From Thermoplasmata archaeon (GTDB lineage: Archaea > Thermoplasmatota > Thermoplasmata > Lutacidiplasmatales > UBA184), in the NCBI GenBank assembly GCA_028864975.1, contig JAGWLG010000012.1, positions 15,745 through 79,744 of the forward strand: a DNA stretch of 64,000 nucleotides, written 5' to 3'. The notes under the pieces were generated by a model that searched no databases, was not told where the DNA came from, and saw only the letters and a program-made list of their open reading frames with translations. Of the stretch, positions 22,001 to 27,800 are shown piece after piece (within the stretch, counting starts at the first letter, position 1; each line of letters starts with the position of its first letter). Both the position numbers and the translations under genes were made by a program.

Positions 22001-22508
22001 GACTGTTTACGCCTGGTCGCTCAACGGGACGGCGCAGGCGGGCGCGACGGGGTCGACCTTCACCATCGCGGGAGCTCACGCCGGGACCTACTCGGTGTCG
22101 GTCGCGGTCTCGGACGCGACCGGCTCGCGCGCGATCGCCCCCACGGTATCGGTCACGGTGAGCCCGCCGGTCCCCCCAGCGTCTACGCCCCCGGCGCCGA
22201 CACTCTCCCCCTCGTCCTTCGCGTCGGAGTCCAACCTGCTGGTGGGGCTCCTCGCAATCCTGGTCGCGCTCGCGGTGGCGATCCTGCTGATGCAGGCCCT
22301 CGGCCGGCGCTCTCGGCCCCCGGCCTCCGGGGTCGCGGGGAAGGCCAGACCGCCGCGGCCGCGCGCCCGTCCTGCGGTGCTCGAGACTCCCCCGGCCTCC
22401 CCCGAAGGGGTTGCGACCCCCCCGCCCCCCTCCCCCGTCGCGGGCGGCGAGGCGGAGCCTGTCTCCGGGACCGGCCCCGAGACCTACTCCGAGGATGGAG
22501 AAGCCTAG
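10020..22508 (+). CDS. Giant (4162 aa) cell-surface/adhesin-like glycoprotein: signal peptide, 10 Kelch-like blades, 34 Ig/PKD-like repeats with an inserted 7-blade YVTN propeller, C-terminal TM and Pro-rich tail
   Basis: Single 12.5-kb open frame with consistent repeats; hydrophobic leader LIGILLLLGLLVA; TM LLVGLLAILVALAVAILLM near 22236. Confidence 0.92.
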   Translation: MSKTPTRQSDLANPVVHLVKVRGTSSLSRRSGSIGDRAGLIGILLLLGLLVAPTTAFTTTGALLAKLPSAEAPPPGTVQGVASLSLSALGNFPAPPLGSGPSARLPGVIDGPGGDLGAPLGLPPSASVSAGTPPTTASRAPSSGASTLPPPPSSSVSSPSTFSSSSAAGAAELAQASASLGQGGGPAQGHAMSCAASAAGSFECDAKADASPDLGLGTQSTTWTEMGTPGMRDAASMVYDPADGTVVLFGGYFSGLTQADTWEYHGGVWYPVDSPISPPARYAAAMVYDIPAGYVLLFGGQGAGTSGSLQDTWEFSGGTWVQLTSTSSPGTRYGATMTYDAADGYVVLFGGFGCSTGSGCVASLLQDTWQFSGGAWTQLTPTTSPGTRYDASMTYDTADGYVVLFGGLGCSTGSGCAANEIQDTWKFTGTTWTQLSILALPGARNGASMTYDGADGYVVLFGGYGCFTGSSCGLHWLQETWKLMGTTWTLLTPAASPGIREGATMTYDVTDGYVVLFGGHGPGSAGGLQDTWKFSGGTWAQLAPTTSPGTRTGATMTFDVRDGYVVLFGGFGCSTGSGCTVDYLQDTWKFTGTTWTQLSPTTSPGTRLAASMVYDSADRYVALFGGYGCSTGSGCAVGYLQDTWKFTGTTWTQLTPTTSPGTREYASMTYDAADGYVVLFGGYGCYTGSSCTVDYLQDTWQFTGTTWSQFAPTTSPGTRYDASMTYDTADGYVMLFGGFGCSTACNWLQDTWSFGIPLTDATPSASPSSLDVGQALLLTSSATGGGQGASHEFGWWGLPPGCSTAVLTVSVSCTPSKAGTYYVGTVVSESNGIPLATGPTTTVTVYPDPSATASGSASSRDAGQTVTLTGLTSGGLGPFSGIVWNGLPTASSCAAAGSLTCAITLSSSGVGQWTITVSATDANGFTATSMGVALTVDPALCASPCGISGGTSLDVGQTATVQASVNGGTGTYSYAWSALSGAGCPTTSASTVDCTPTATGSFTVAFVATDTNGATTAALGVVLTVSADPTITAPTASRATLDVGQATTLTTTDAGGSGTLVVSWSGLPTGCLSSNTLSFSCSPTAVGTFTVYANVQDTHLYNATSGPLTVVVSPRLNPGGSFASPASLDLGQATTFVTNVNGGTGSYSYGWMALPPGCAAADTGTLVCTPTATGSFLVTVSVVDSNNNLVSPAAIALTVGPDPVAGSLVASLRGLPQLGSASAPLTLGSTPSWVLYDPGNGMVYVGQGNCCGAGNTVWVVNPSTGTLVKTITTGNLPISLAYDSARGEVFVAEYGNAQVQVIDDSTNALVATIPMPDEPLSLGYDSWNGDVYVALYATNRVAVIDGATDSIVSLIGVGSGPNSAAFDPATGDVWVGDQNGAAVTIINGATNTVAGTVTLAAGSVPVFLVYDPANGDMYVPTGTTQSIDVIDATSDAIVDTVATTFNPEESALDTANGYLYVADISASANELQALDTRTNTLVGTVGLGTTAYGVAYDSSNGRLYGSGFGNGDLFTVRTLSSVSLPSSMSADVGQSVLLSASLTGQGSGGDRVSLSVSPAAGFTCIADPYGYANLSAGCLAETPGSYQLYFQLTDSNGFTVSTGTLTLVVDPALGGASVSVSRLALDVGQTTALSASVSGGAGSYAYAWSTLPTGCSVGDVGAFSCVPSGAGSFAVALIVTDGNGASTSAGTTLSVSLDPTISPPTGTLTRLDVGSSTVLAATATPGSGGDVYAWSGLPTPCLSSNALSIVCAPSASGEGTFDVTVSVVDSNGWNVTSGPLTIEVDPPLGISSFTESRPALDVGQTVVFAVSPTGGSGVYTYTWGAIPAGCARVDAATLTCVPTGSGSTTVSVSVGDTNGASLPSAGLAVVVSADPAVSSPGASTSSLDMGQSTSLSTVVSPGSGTDVLSWAGLPAGCLSSNANPVSCAPSASGTFTVTVAVRDSNGMNVSSGPLTLVVSPALSAVALTASPGALDVGQSLTFSASVSGGSGVYVWSWATLPTGCAGANAATLTCSPTAAGSYSAQATATDSNGASSSHSAAIVVSAAVTVGSISATRWDLDVSQSSTLTATVAGGSPSFAYAWAGLPAGCLSSNALSLSCSPTASGTFALTFSARDSNGMNVSSTTMAMVVSPALGTPSITASTPNLDVGQTVSFLAAESGGTGSYSYSWTYNGIRADLVGCTGQATASLTCTPTSSGVPNIVVTVSDSNAAPPQTRSTTVTVSADPTVQPITGSRTTLDLGQSTLLSTTSAQGSGGPTYAWAGLPAGCLSSNALSITCAPAGAGTFSVTVSVRDSNGVNVSSIPLTLIVSPAMGSAALAAAPSALDVGETTTLSSSASGGTGVYVYAYSGLPTGCSSANSATLACSPSAAGTFPSVALTVTDGNGATATAMIPIAVSAAPVAGTPAASKPSLDVGQTTSISALASGGSGGDVYSWSGLPTGCLSQNLLSLTCTPTVAGTFSVRLSVLDSNRMNVTSGTLTLAISPALAGALLTASRSLLDVGQTTLFAASASGGAGGDTFAWSGLPSGCSGGSSSSVTCVPAASGPFTVSIVATDANGATASANVALTVSSDPSVSVPSSSRSSLDVGQSTSLSSVATPGSGTPVYAWSGLPTGCLSANALTLSCAPTGAGTFVVRVTVQDSNGMNVSSGTLTLLVSTALGTPSLSASTATLDVGQSVTFTATEAGGSGTYTFTWTWAGNPASSEGCTGGNAATIVCTPTFSQSPSVVVSVSDSNGMGGLVASTSVVVSADPTVTSPGATRLALDIGQSTVLSATATTGSGGPTYAWSGLPTGCLSANALTVTCSPTAVGTYSVSISVRDSNGMNVSSTTLTLVVSPALGAVGLSASSYNLDVGQSTTFSVSVSGGTGSYTYTWGSLPSGCVGSSTPTLLCAPSGAGSTTVVVSVADTNGVLSGSGPVTVIVQAPPSVTSLGATRLDLDVGQSTTLTAAATAGSGGPVYAWSGLPTGCLSSNALSVTCSPTAPGTFTAVFSVRDSNRMNVSSGALTLVVSPAFGTATLSGSRLALDAGQTVLLTTSVSGGSGGDSYAWSSLPTGCGGANSATLSCVPSGAGTPTVSVTVTDSNGATASATLPLTVSSAPTISLPTASRTALDVGQSTTLSATATSGSGSPVYAWSGLPAGCLSSNALSVACTPSGSGTFSVAVSVVDSNGMNVSSGPLTLAVSPALGSATLSASRSALDVGQFTALSGAVSGGTGSYTYSWGSLPSGCSGSNAVAIVCSPTAAGTFSVALTITDTNGASATPAPVSLAVSAAPSVGSLGATRLDLDVGQLTTLAGTATGGSGGDAYAWVGLPTGCLSSNSPSVACSPTAAGTFSIALSVIDSNGMNVSSPSLLLSVSPALAAAALSAGRSALDVGQATTLSASASGGSGGLSYSWSGLPTGCSSGGRASFACAPTSPGTSSVSVVITDSNGASVSASTTLTVSSAPWAGSPTASPSALDVGQTTALAATAGAGSGSPTYAWGGLPAGCLSVSSLILTCSPMSWGSFTVVLSVVDSNGMNVSSAPLLLPISPALAGATLSASPGALDVGQSTALSFSVFGGSGGLTYAWSGLPAGCAGGNSATLLCSPTASGTGLATVRATDANGASVSASVSLTVSAALSVAAPSASPSAADAQQAVTLSALASGGAGTLVYAWWGLPSGCLSSNLATLPCTPAAPGRFMVGYSVLDANGENVSSPALSFSVSAALSTPVLAASLTALDLGEGTTIAATVAGGSSPLAYAWAGLPTGCTGSDTPTLACAPSLTGTFSVSLRVSDANGGTATSAALTLTVSAAPTVGIPMATLTSLDLGQTTSLTVPSTPGSGGLVLNWSGLPTGCPASGLPSCTPTATGTFSIWVSAKDSNGVTVVGAPLVLTVDGALAAVTLTASSKDVDAGSEVTLTAEVSGGSGGYAYSWSALPTGCAGADVATLLCSPSAAGSFAAAVQVSDTNGATSSASVSITVNAPLSVALSDSPTSASNGATLTFTASAAGGSSPTVYAWSLNGTAQAGATGSTFTIAGAHAGTYSVSVAVSDATGSRAIAPTVSVTVSPPVPPASTPPAPTLSPSSFASESNLLVGLLAILVALAVAILLMQALGRRSRPPASGVAGKARPPRPRARPAVLETPPASPEGVATPPPPSPVAGGEAEPVSGTGPETYSEDGEA
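10713..12284 (+). repeat. Ten Kelch-like blades (R..A.M.YD..DGYVVLFGG...DTW.F.G..W)
   Basis: Blade starts 10713, 10860, 11013, 11181, 11349, 11517, 11670, 11838, 12006, 12174; a 62-nt perfect repeat at 11160-11221 and 12153-12214. Confidence 0.9.
12285..22166 (+). repeat. 34 tandem ~87-aa Ig/PKD-like repeats (LDVGQ...W.GLP.GC-x9-C.P...G.F.V...DSNG)
   Basis: Counted from the translation; almost every unit carries a Cys pair; repeat 6 is interrupted by a propeller at about 13670-14575. Confidence 0.88.
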
Positions 22509-22749
22509 AGCTACCCCGAGACTTCCAGGAAAAGGTCCTGTCGCTCCATCGCCGAGCTCCCAGACCGGCGGCAAGCAGGGCTACCTAACGACGCAGCAGT
22601 TCGCCTCCCTCTTGCTTCTGCCATCTGGGCGAACGCGAGTCCCACCCGGCCGTTACACCATTCCCGCGTCTCTGTGGCGGCGCGGACCTCTGGACCTCCC
22701 ACAAGAAAGTGGGGGGTTGAGGATAGCTATCGCTCAGCTCTGGCTTCTC
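22498..22749. ncRNA. Candidate structured non-coding RNA (~250 nt), unidentified; strand unresolved
   Basis: 14-bp terminal stem with one bulge (22498-22512 / 22736-22749) enclosing at least seven further stems; no convincing ORF; does not match canonical SRP or RNase P consensus in full. Confidence 0.55.
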
Positions 22750-22792
22750 AGAGCGGTCCCATGTCGCGCCGGGCAGGGGGGTGCGAGCCCGC

Positions 22793-23836
22793 TCACTCGG
22801 CGGGCAAGGGGAGGGAAGGGTCGGGTCCCTTCGGCGCGCCCTCGGGGCTCGGAGGGGCACCCTCCGCCCCGTTCCCGTCCGAGGGGTCGGGAGGCGGTGG
22901 CGGGATCGCGCTCAAGGAGATGCCGAGGCGCTGAGCGAGCCGCTCCCGGATCCTGTCCTTGTCGGTGGTCTCGAGACCGAAGTACTCGGCAAAGTGCGAG
23001 CTCGTGGTGAGCTCGAGCGTCGAGGCTTTCGGAAGGGCGTGGATGAAGTTGAGCTCCTTCAGGACTTTCACTTCCGTGTACGCGGCCTCCCCGACCATCC
23101 TCGCGAGCACGCTTTGGCGGATGGGCTGGTGGAAAGCGATGAGCGCGAGGACCCTCAGCGAACGACTGGGGATGTCGACGGGGGTCACCTTGTGGGCGAC
23201 CTCGAGGTAGTCGGGACGCACCTGGAGCGCCCACGCCTCTCCCGCACGTCGGACCTCCAGCGAGGTGTTGCGGTTCGCGTAGGCGCGCTGGAGCTTGCGG
23301 AGAGCACGCTTGACCGACACGTGGTCGACTTCCCCTCCGAGCCGTGCGGTGAGGTCATGCACACTCACCGGCTTGCCCGCGGCGAAGAGGACCGACTCTA
23401 CGCGTAGAGGAAGTTCGGGGGCCACCCCCTTTGGCCGAGGGGTACGTGCTTCGGCGAGAGCAGGTTCGCCACCGCCTTCGTCGTCCTCGTCGGTGTCCGC
23501 TTCGGTGGGGTCGGACTCGGTCTCCTCGTCAGGACTGGGCCCCGCCCCCGTCGTCTCTTCGGGCCCCGTCGGGGCCTCGGAAGTGGGGAGGGGGGCGGAG
23601 CTGGCCGTCGGGGGAGCGACGGCCTCTTGGGGTCCTGGCGAAGGGGTGGGCGGCGCGAGGGGTTGGGCGGCGGCCTCGGGCGGGGTGGGGGACGCCGGGG
23701 CTTCAGGCTCCGGCGCATGGTCGGGGGGAGCTTCTCGAGGGGGGGAGGAGCGACGAGGGTGGGGCTTCGCGCTCCCGCGCGCGGCCACCGGTCGCTTGCC
23801 CTTGGACCGTGTGGGAGATCCCTTCGCCATGGTCAC
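22793..23836 (-). CDS. scpB: SMC-Scp complex subunit ScpB with long acidic/Pro-rich N-terminal extension
   Basis: VESVLFAAGKPVS, LEVRRAGEAWALQV, LRVLALIAFHQPIRQS, LTTSSHFAEYFGL; GTGA overlap with scpA (alternative ATG 23830). Confidence 0.92.
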   Translation of the reverse strand: MTMAKGSPTRSKGKRPVAARGSAKPHPRRSSPPREAPPDHAPEPEAPASPTPPEAAAQPLAPPTPSPGPQEAVAPPTASSAPLPTSEAPTGPEETTGAGPSPDEETESDPTEADTDEDDEGGGEPALAEARTPRPKGVAPELPLRVESVLFAAGKPVSVHDLTARLGGEVDHVSVKRALRKLQRAYANRNTSLEVRRAGEAWALQVRPDYLEVAHKVTPVDIPSRSLRVLALIAFHQPIRQSVLARMVGEAAYTEVKVLKELNFIHALPKASTLELTTSSHFAEYFGLETTDKDRIRERLAQRLGISLSAIPPPPPDPSDGNGAEGAPPSPEGAPKGPDPSLPLPAE

Positions 23837-24834
23837 GCTCCGGGCGAAGCGAGCGCCGCCTCTTCCGCGGGGGGAGGTGCCTCCTCGCCGTTCGGTCGAC
23901 GGGAGACCGCCTCGCGCTCGATCATGAATCCGCTCGCGCTAAGGTCGACTTGGCGGAGGGAGAGCACCCGCTCTTTCGCCAAGAAGAGCAGCGTAAGGAA
24001 GAGCGAGACCACCCGCTCGCGGGAAGGGACCCCCTCGAGGAGCAGTTCGACCGAGAAGGGTTCCCCCACCGGGTGCTCCGCGACCTTCTCCCAGGTCTCG
24101 GCCAGGTCGTGTTCTGGGACGTCACCGTGCGCCAGCACTTCGGGTGCGGTCTTCTGCCAAGCCCGTAGGCGGTCGCGCTCGGCCTGAGTGACCTGGAAGA
24201 GGCGAGCCGATTCCTCCGCCTCGTGGAAGGCGTTCGCGAGCTCCATCAGGCTCACCGGCCGGGTCCCCTCGTGGCGGACCATCGGGTCGATCGGAACATC
24301 TTCGCCCCGCAGGAGCGCTTCGGTCACATCGATCTGCTCGGGGGAGGACATCTCTCCCAGGTAGCCTTGGTCGAGCGCTCCGTCGGGAAGGGCCGCCTCC
24401 ATCGTCGGAGGGGCGAGCTCGTTCTCTCGCTGGGTGAGCACCTCCTGGGATTGGAGCAGGAGGATCCTCCAGGCCATGTGGATCAGCCGTCCGGCGACGG
24501 CGAAGTCGACCTCGTGGTCCTGCTTCACTCGGTCCTGGTAGACGCTGACGAACCGGGTCAGGTCGATGGACCACGGGTTGAACTGTTCGGAGAGGACGAG
24601 CTCGAAGAGCAGGGCCGTCGCCTTCTGGTAGGGGTCGTCGATGACGACGTGGACCCCCTCTTTCATCCCGCGCACGAGGTCGAGATAGTGGTCGACCGCG
24701 TTCGCGGCCTCCATCGACTCTCCGATGAGGGCCTTGTGGTAGAGCAGGTAGTCGAGCACCTGCTGGGCCGCCTCGCGTGAGACGGGCGGCGTGGTCAGGG
24801 CGAGCTCGTGGGCTTCCTGCGCACTCAGGGTCAT
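23833..24834 (-). CDS. scpA: Kleisin subunit ScpA
   Basis: FNPWSIDL..F...Y, AGRLIHMAWRILLLQS, RPVSLMELANAF, C-terminal winged helix VVSLFLTLLFLAKE; between smc and scpB. Confidence 0.9.
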   Translation of the reverse strand: MTLSAQEAHELALTTPPVSREAAQQVLDYLLYHKALIGESMEAANAVDHYLDLVRGMKEGVHVVIDDPYQKATALLFELVLSEQFNPWSIDLTRFVSVYQDRVKQDHEVDFAVAGRLIHMAWRILLLQSQEVLTQRENELAPPTMEAALPDGALDQGYLGEMSSPEQIDVTEALLRGEDVPIDPMVRHEGTRPVSLMELANAFHEAEESARLFQVTQAERDRLRAWQKTAPEVLAHGDVPEHDLAETWEKVAEHPVGEPFSVELLLEGVPSRERVVSLFLTLLFLAKERVLSLRQVDLSASGFMIEREAVSRRPNGEEAPPPAEEAALASPGA

Positions 24835-24839
24835 GTTCT

Positions 24840-24847
24840 ACCTCCTT
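24840..24847 (-). promoter_or_regulatory. Shine-Dalgarno site AAGGAGGT for scpA
   Basis: Strong anti-SD match ending 5 nt before the ATG at 24834. Confidence 0.75.
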
Positions 24848-24870
24848 CTCTTGACGTGACTTCGAGGACC

Positions 24871-27800
24871 TCAGGGACCCCCAGGGGGAGGGGTGGCGAG
24901 CGGCGGCGCGGCCTCGGTCGCGGGGGCGTGGTCGACCACCGGGCCTTCGGGGGAAGCGGCTTTGGTACCTCCTCGTCGACGACCCGCCGTGGCACCCGCG
25001 GTTGCGCCCTTGGAGGACGGGGCCCCCGGCGAAGGGGAGGACGCGGGGCTGGCGGCTGCGAGGCCGCCCGAGACGGACACGCGGGCCGCGGTGGCGGCCC
25101 GCAGCTCGGGCGGTCGCATCGCCGCGAGGGCGGAGGGTGAGGCGGCGATGGCCCTCAGTTCCTTCTCGTCGACGTCCTTGATGTCATCGAGCCGGATGGA
25201 GACGAGGCGCGAGCATCCGTCGCCATGCATGGTGACCCCGAGCAGGTGCTCGGCCCACTTCAGCGTCACTTTCCTCAGCGAGATCACGATGAACTGGGCC
25301 CTCGCACTGTTGCGCCGGACCATTCGTCCGATGTTCTCCGCGTTGACCCCGTCGAGGCTCATGTCGACCTCGTCGAGGACGTAGAGGGGCGACGGGTCGT
25401 AGTGCTGCAGCGAGAAGATGAACGCCAGCGAGGCGAGCGACTTCTCCCCTCCGGAGAGCTGCTCCAGGCGCTGGACCTTCTTCCCCAGGGGCTTCGCACG
25501 GATCAAGAGCCCTCCCGCGAGCGGGTCCTCCGGGTTCTCGAGAACGACCTCGCCTTCGCCCCCGCCCGAGAGCTCGGTGTAGATCTCGGAGTACCCTTTC
25601 GCGACGACCTCCACGACCTCGTGGATCCGGGTCCGCTTCTTGTCGTTCAGGTCGTCGATGAGGTGGAGCAGGTCCTTCTTCTCCCCGTGGAGCCGGTCGA
25701 CCTGCCCCTGGAAATCCTCGAGGCGCTGCTTCTCGGCGTCGTACTGTTCCAGGGCGGCTGCGTTGACCGGGCCGAGCGCGGTGAGCTTCTCCTCGACGTC
25801 CTTGAGCCGGCGCGTGAGCTCCGTGGGGGAGAGCTTCTCCACCTTTGCGGCGGCCTCGTCCGCCTCCTCCATCGGGAGGTCCGCGGAGGCCGCTTCGAGG
25901 TTCGAGAGCTCGACCTGGGCGGTGGAGAGCTTCACGTCGAGGTCGTGGGCCTGGTCGTTCTTCGAGGTGATGGTCGACGAGTTCGACCCCTGCTTGCCCA
26001 CCAGCTCGGTGAGGTCGGTCTGGAGGGCGTTCCGCTTCTCGGTGAGGGCCTTCGAGGCCTTGGACTGCTTCTCCCCGACAGCCCGCAGAGCTTCCAGCTT
26101 CTGCAGTCCCTCGACGTGCGCCTTCTTCGCGACCTTGAGCTCCCTGGTCAGGACCGGGAGACGGTCTTCCAGCCCGGAGACCTCGGCCTCCTTCTCGGCC
26201 AGGGTCGCCTTGGCGCTCTTGACCGTGGAGTCGAGCGCGCTGACCTGGGACTGGAGGTCGACCAGCTTCTGGTTGTAGGCTTCCCCCGACTCGGTCAGTT
26301 CCTTGAGGCGTGCCGCGGCGTTCTGGGGGAGCGCCTGGAGGTAGACCGCCTGGGCCTTCTCCCAGTCCGCCTTCAGGGTCTCGATCTCGCCCTGTAGCTC
26401 CGTGAGGAGCGTCTGGGCCTGTTCGACCTTCTTCGCGGTCTGGGCCCTTCTCTCGCGCGAGCCCTTGAGCTTCTCCTGAGCGGCGTCGAGCGCCTCCTTC
26501 GCTTTGGCGAGGTCCTTCTCCAAGGTGGAGAGCGAGGTCTCGTGGGACTCGGCCTCGGCCGTGTGCTTCCCGAGCTCCTCGGTCAGTTCGCGCAGGTGCT
26601 GGATGACCCCGTCGAGCTCCTTGCGGACCTGTTCCTCCTCTGCCGACTTCTTGCGGAGCTCCTCTCCGCGTCGGCGGAGGTCGACCTGGAGGTTCGTGCC
26701 CTTGCCCCGTTCGGCGGCCAGGTAGCCCCCCGTGATCGCCCCGGCGGACTCGATCAGGTCGCCGTCCATGGTGACGAGACGGACCCCGCCCATCTGGGCG
26801 CGCGCCTGGTTCAGGCCGTCGAAGACGAGCGTCTCCCCGAAGACGTACCAGAAGGCCGGGGCGAGCGCGTCCTCGTACTTGACGAGGTCGATCGCGAAGC
26901 CGCGGCAACCCGGGGTCTTCTGCACGAGCAGGCTCTTCCCATGCGGGCGACCCGGGACGATCTTGTTGAGCGGGAGGAAGGTCGCGACCCCCTTCTTCTC
27001 GTTCCGGAGGATCTGGACGCACTTCGCGGCGACCTCGTCGCTTTCCACGACCAGGGCCTGGAACCGGGTCCCGGCGGCGACGGTCAATGCCGTTGCGAAC
27101 TGGTTGTCGAAGGAGGCGAGCTCCTCCACCGTCCCTCGGATCCCCTGGACCTTTCCCGTGTCGCGCAGCGAGAGCAGATGGTCCACCGCCGCCAGGCGAG
27201 AGGCTGCTCCGGTCCCGCGGTCGCGGACGAGCGCCTCGAGCGAAGCGTAAGCGCGGTGGAGCTCAACCAGTTCCTCCTGCAGAGAGGATGCGCGGGCGTG
27301 TAGGTCCTTCTCCTTCTTCTGGAAGGCCTCCAGCTCCTCGCTGAGCTCCTGGGAGGAGCGCTCCGTTCCCTTGCGGGCCCCCTGGACCCCCTTGAAACGG
27401 AACTGGAGGTCTCGAACCTCCACCTCCTTGAGCTTCGCCTCCTCCTCCGCGCCGGCCTCGTCGTGCTCGAAGGTCGTGAGCTCACCCTTCAGGGATTCGA
27501 GCTTCTGGACGGCCTCCTGCCAGTCCTCTTGCTTCGACTTCTGGCGGCGCTCGTTCTCCAGGACCGCGCGGCGGTACTGGGCGGCCTTGCCTTGGCTCGC
27601 ATCGGTCGCCTTGTGGGCCTCGAGCAGGGCCTTGTGATGCACGTCGATCTCCTTCTGGAGGTCCTCGAGCCGCCCGTTGAGCTCGGCGAGCTGTTTCTCG
27701 TTCGCTTGGAGCTCCTTGCGTCGCCCGGCGAGCTCCTTTTCGAGCTCCCCCTTCCGTTCGGTGAGCTCGTTCAGGCTCTCCTCGGCCTTCTCGGCCGCGG

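Noticed and set aside
22498-22749. MITE or IS remnant bounded by 14-bp terminal inverted repeats
   Set aside because: No target-site duplication, no second copy in the window, and extensive internal pairing fits a folded RNA better. Not fully excluded.
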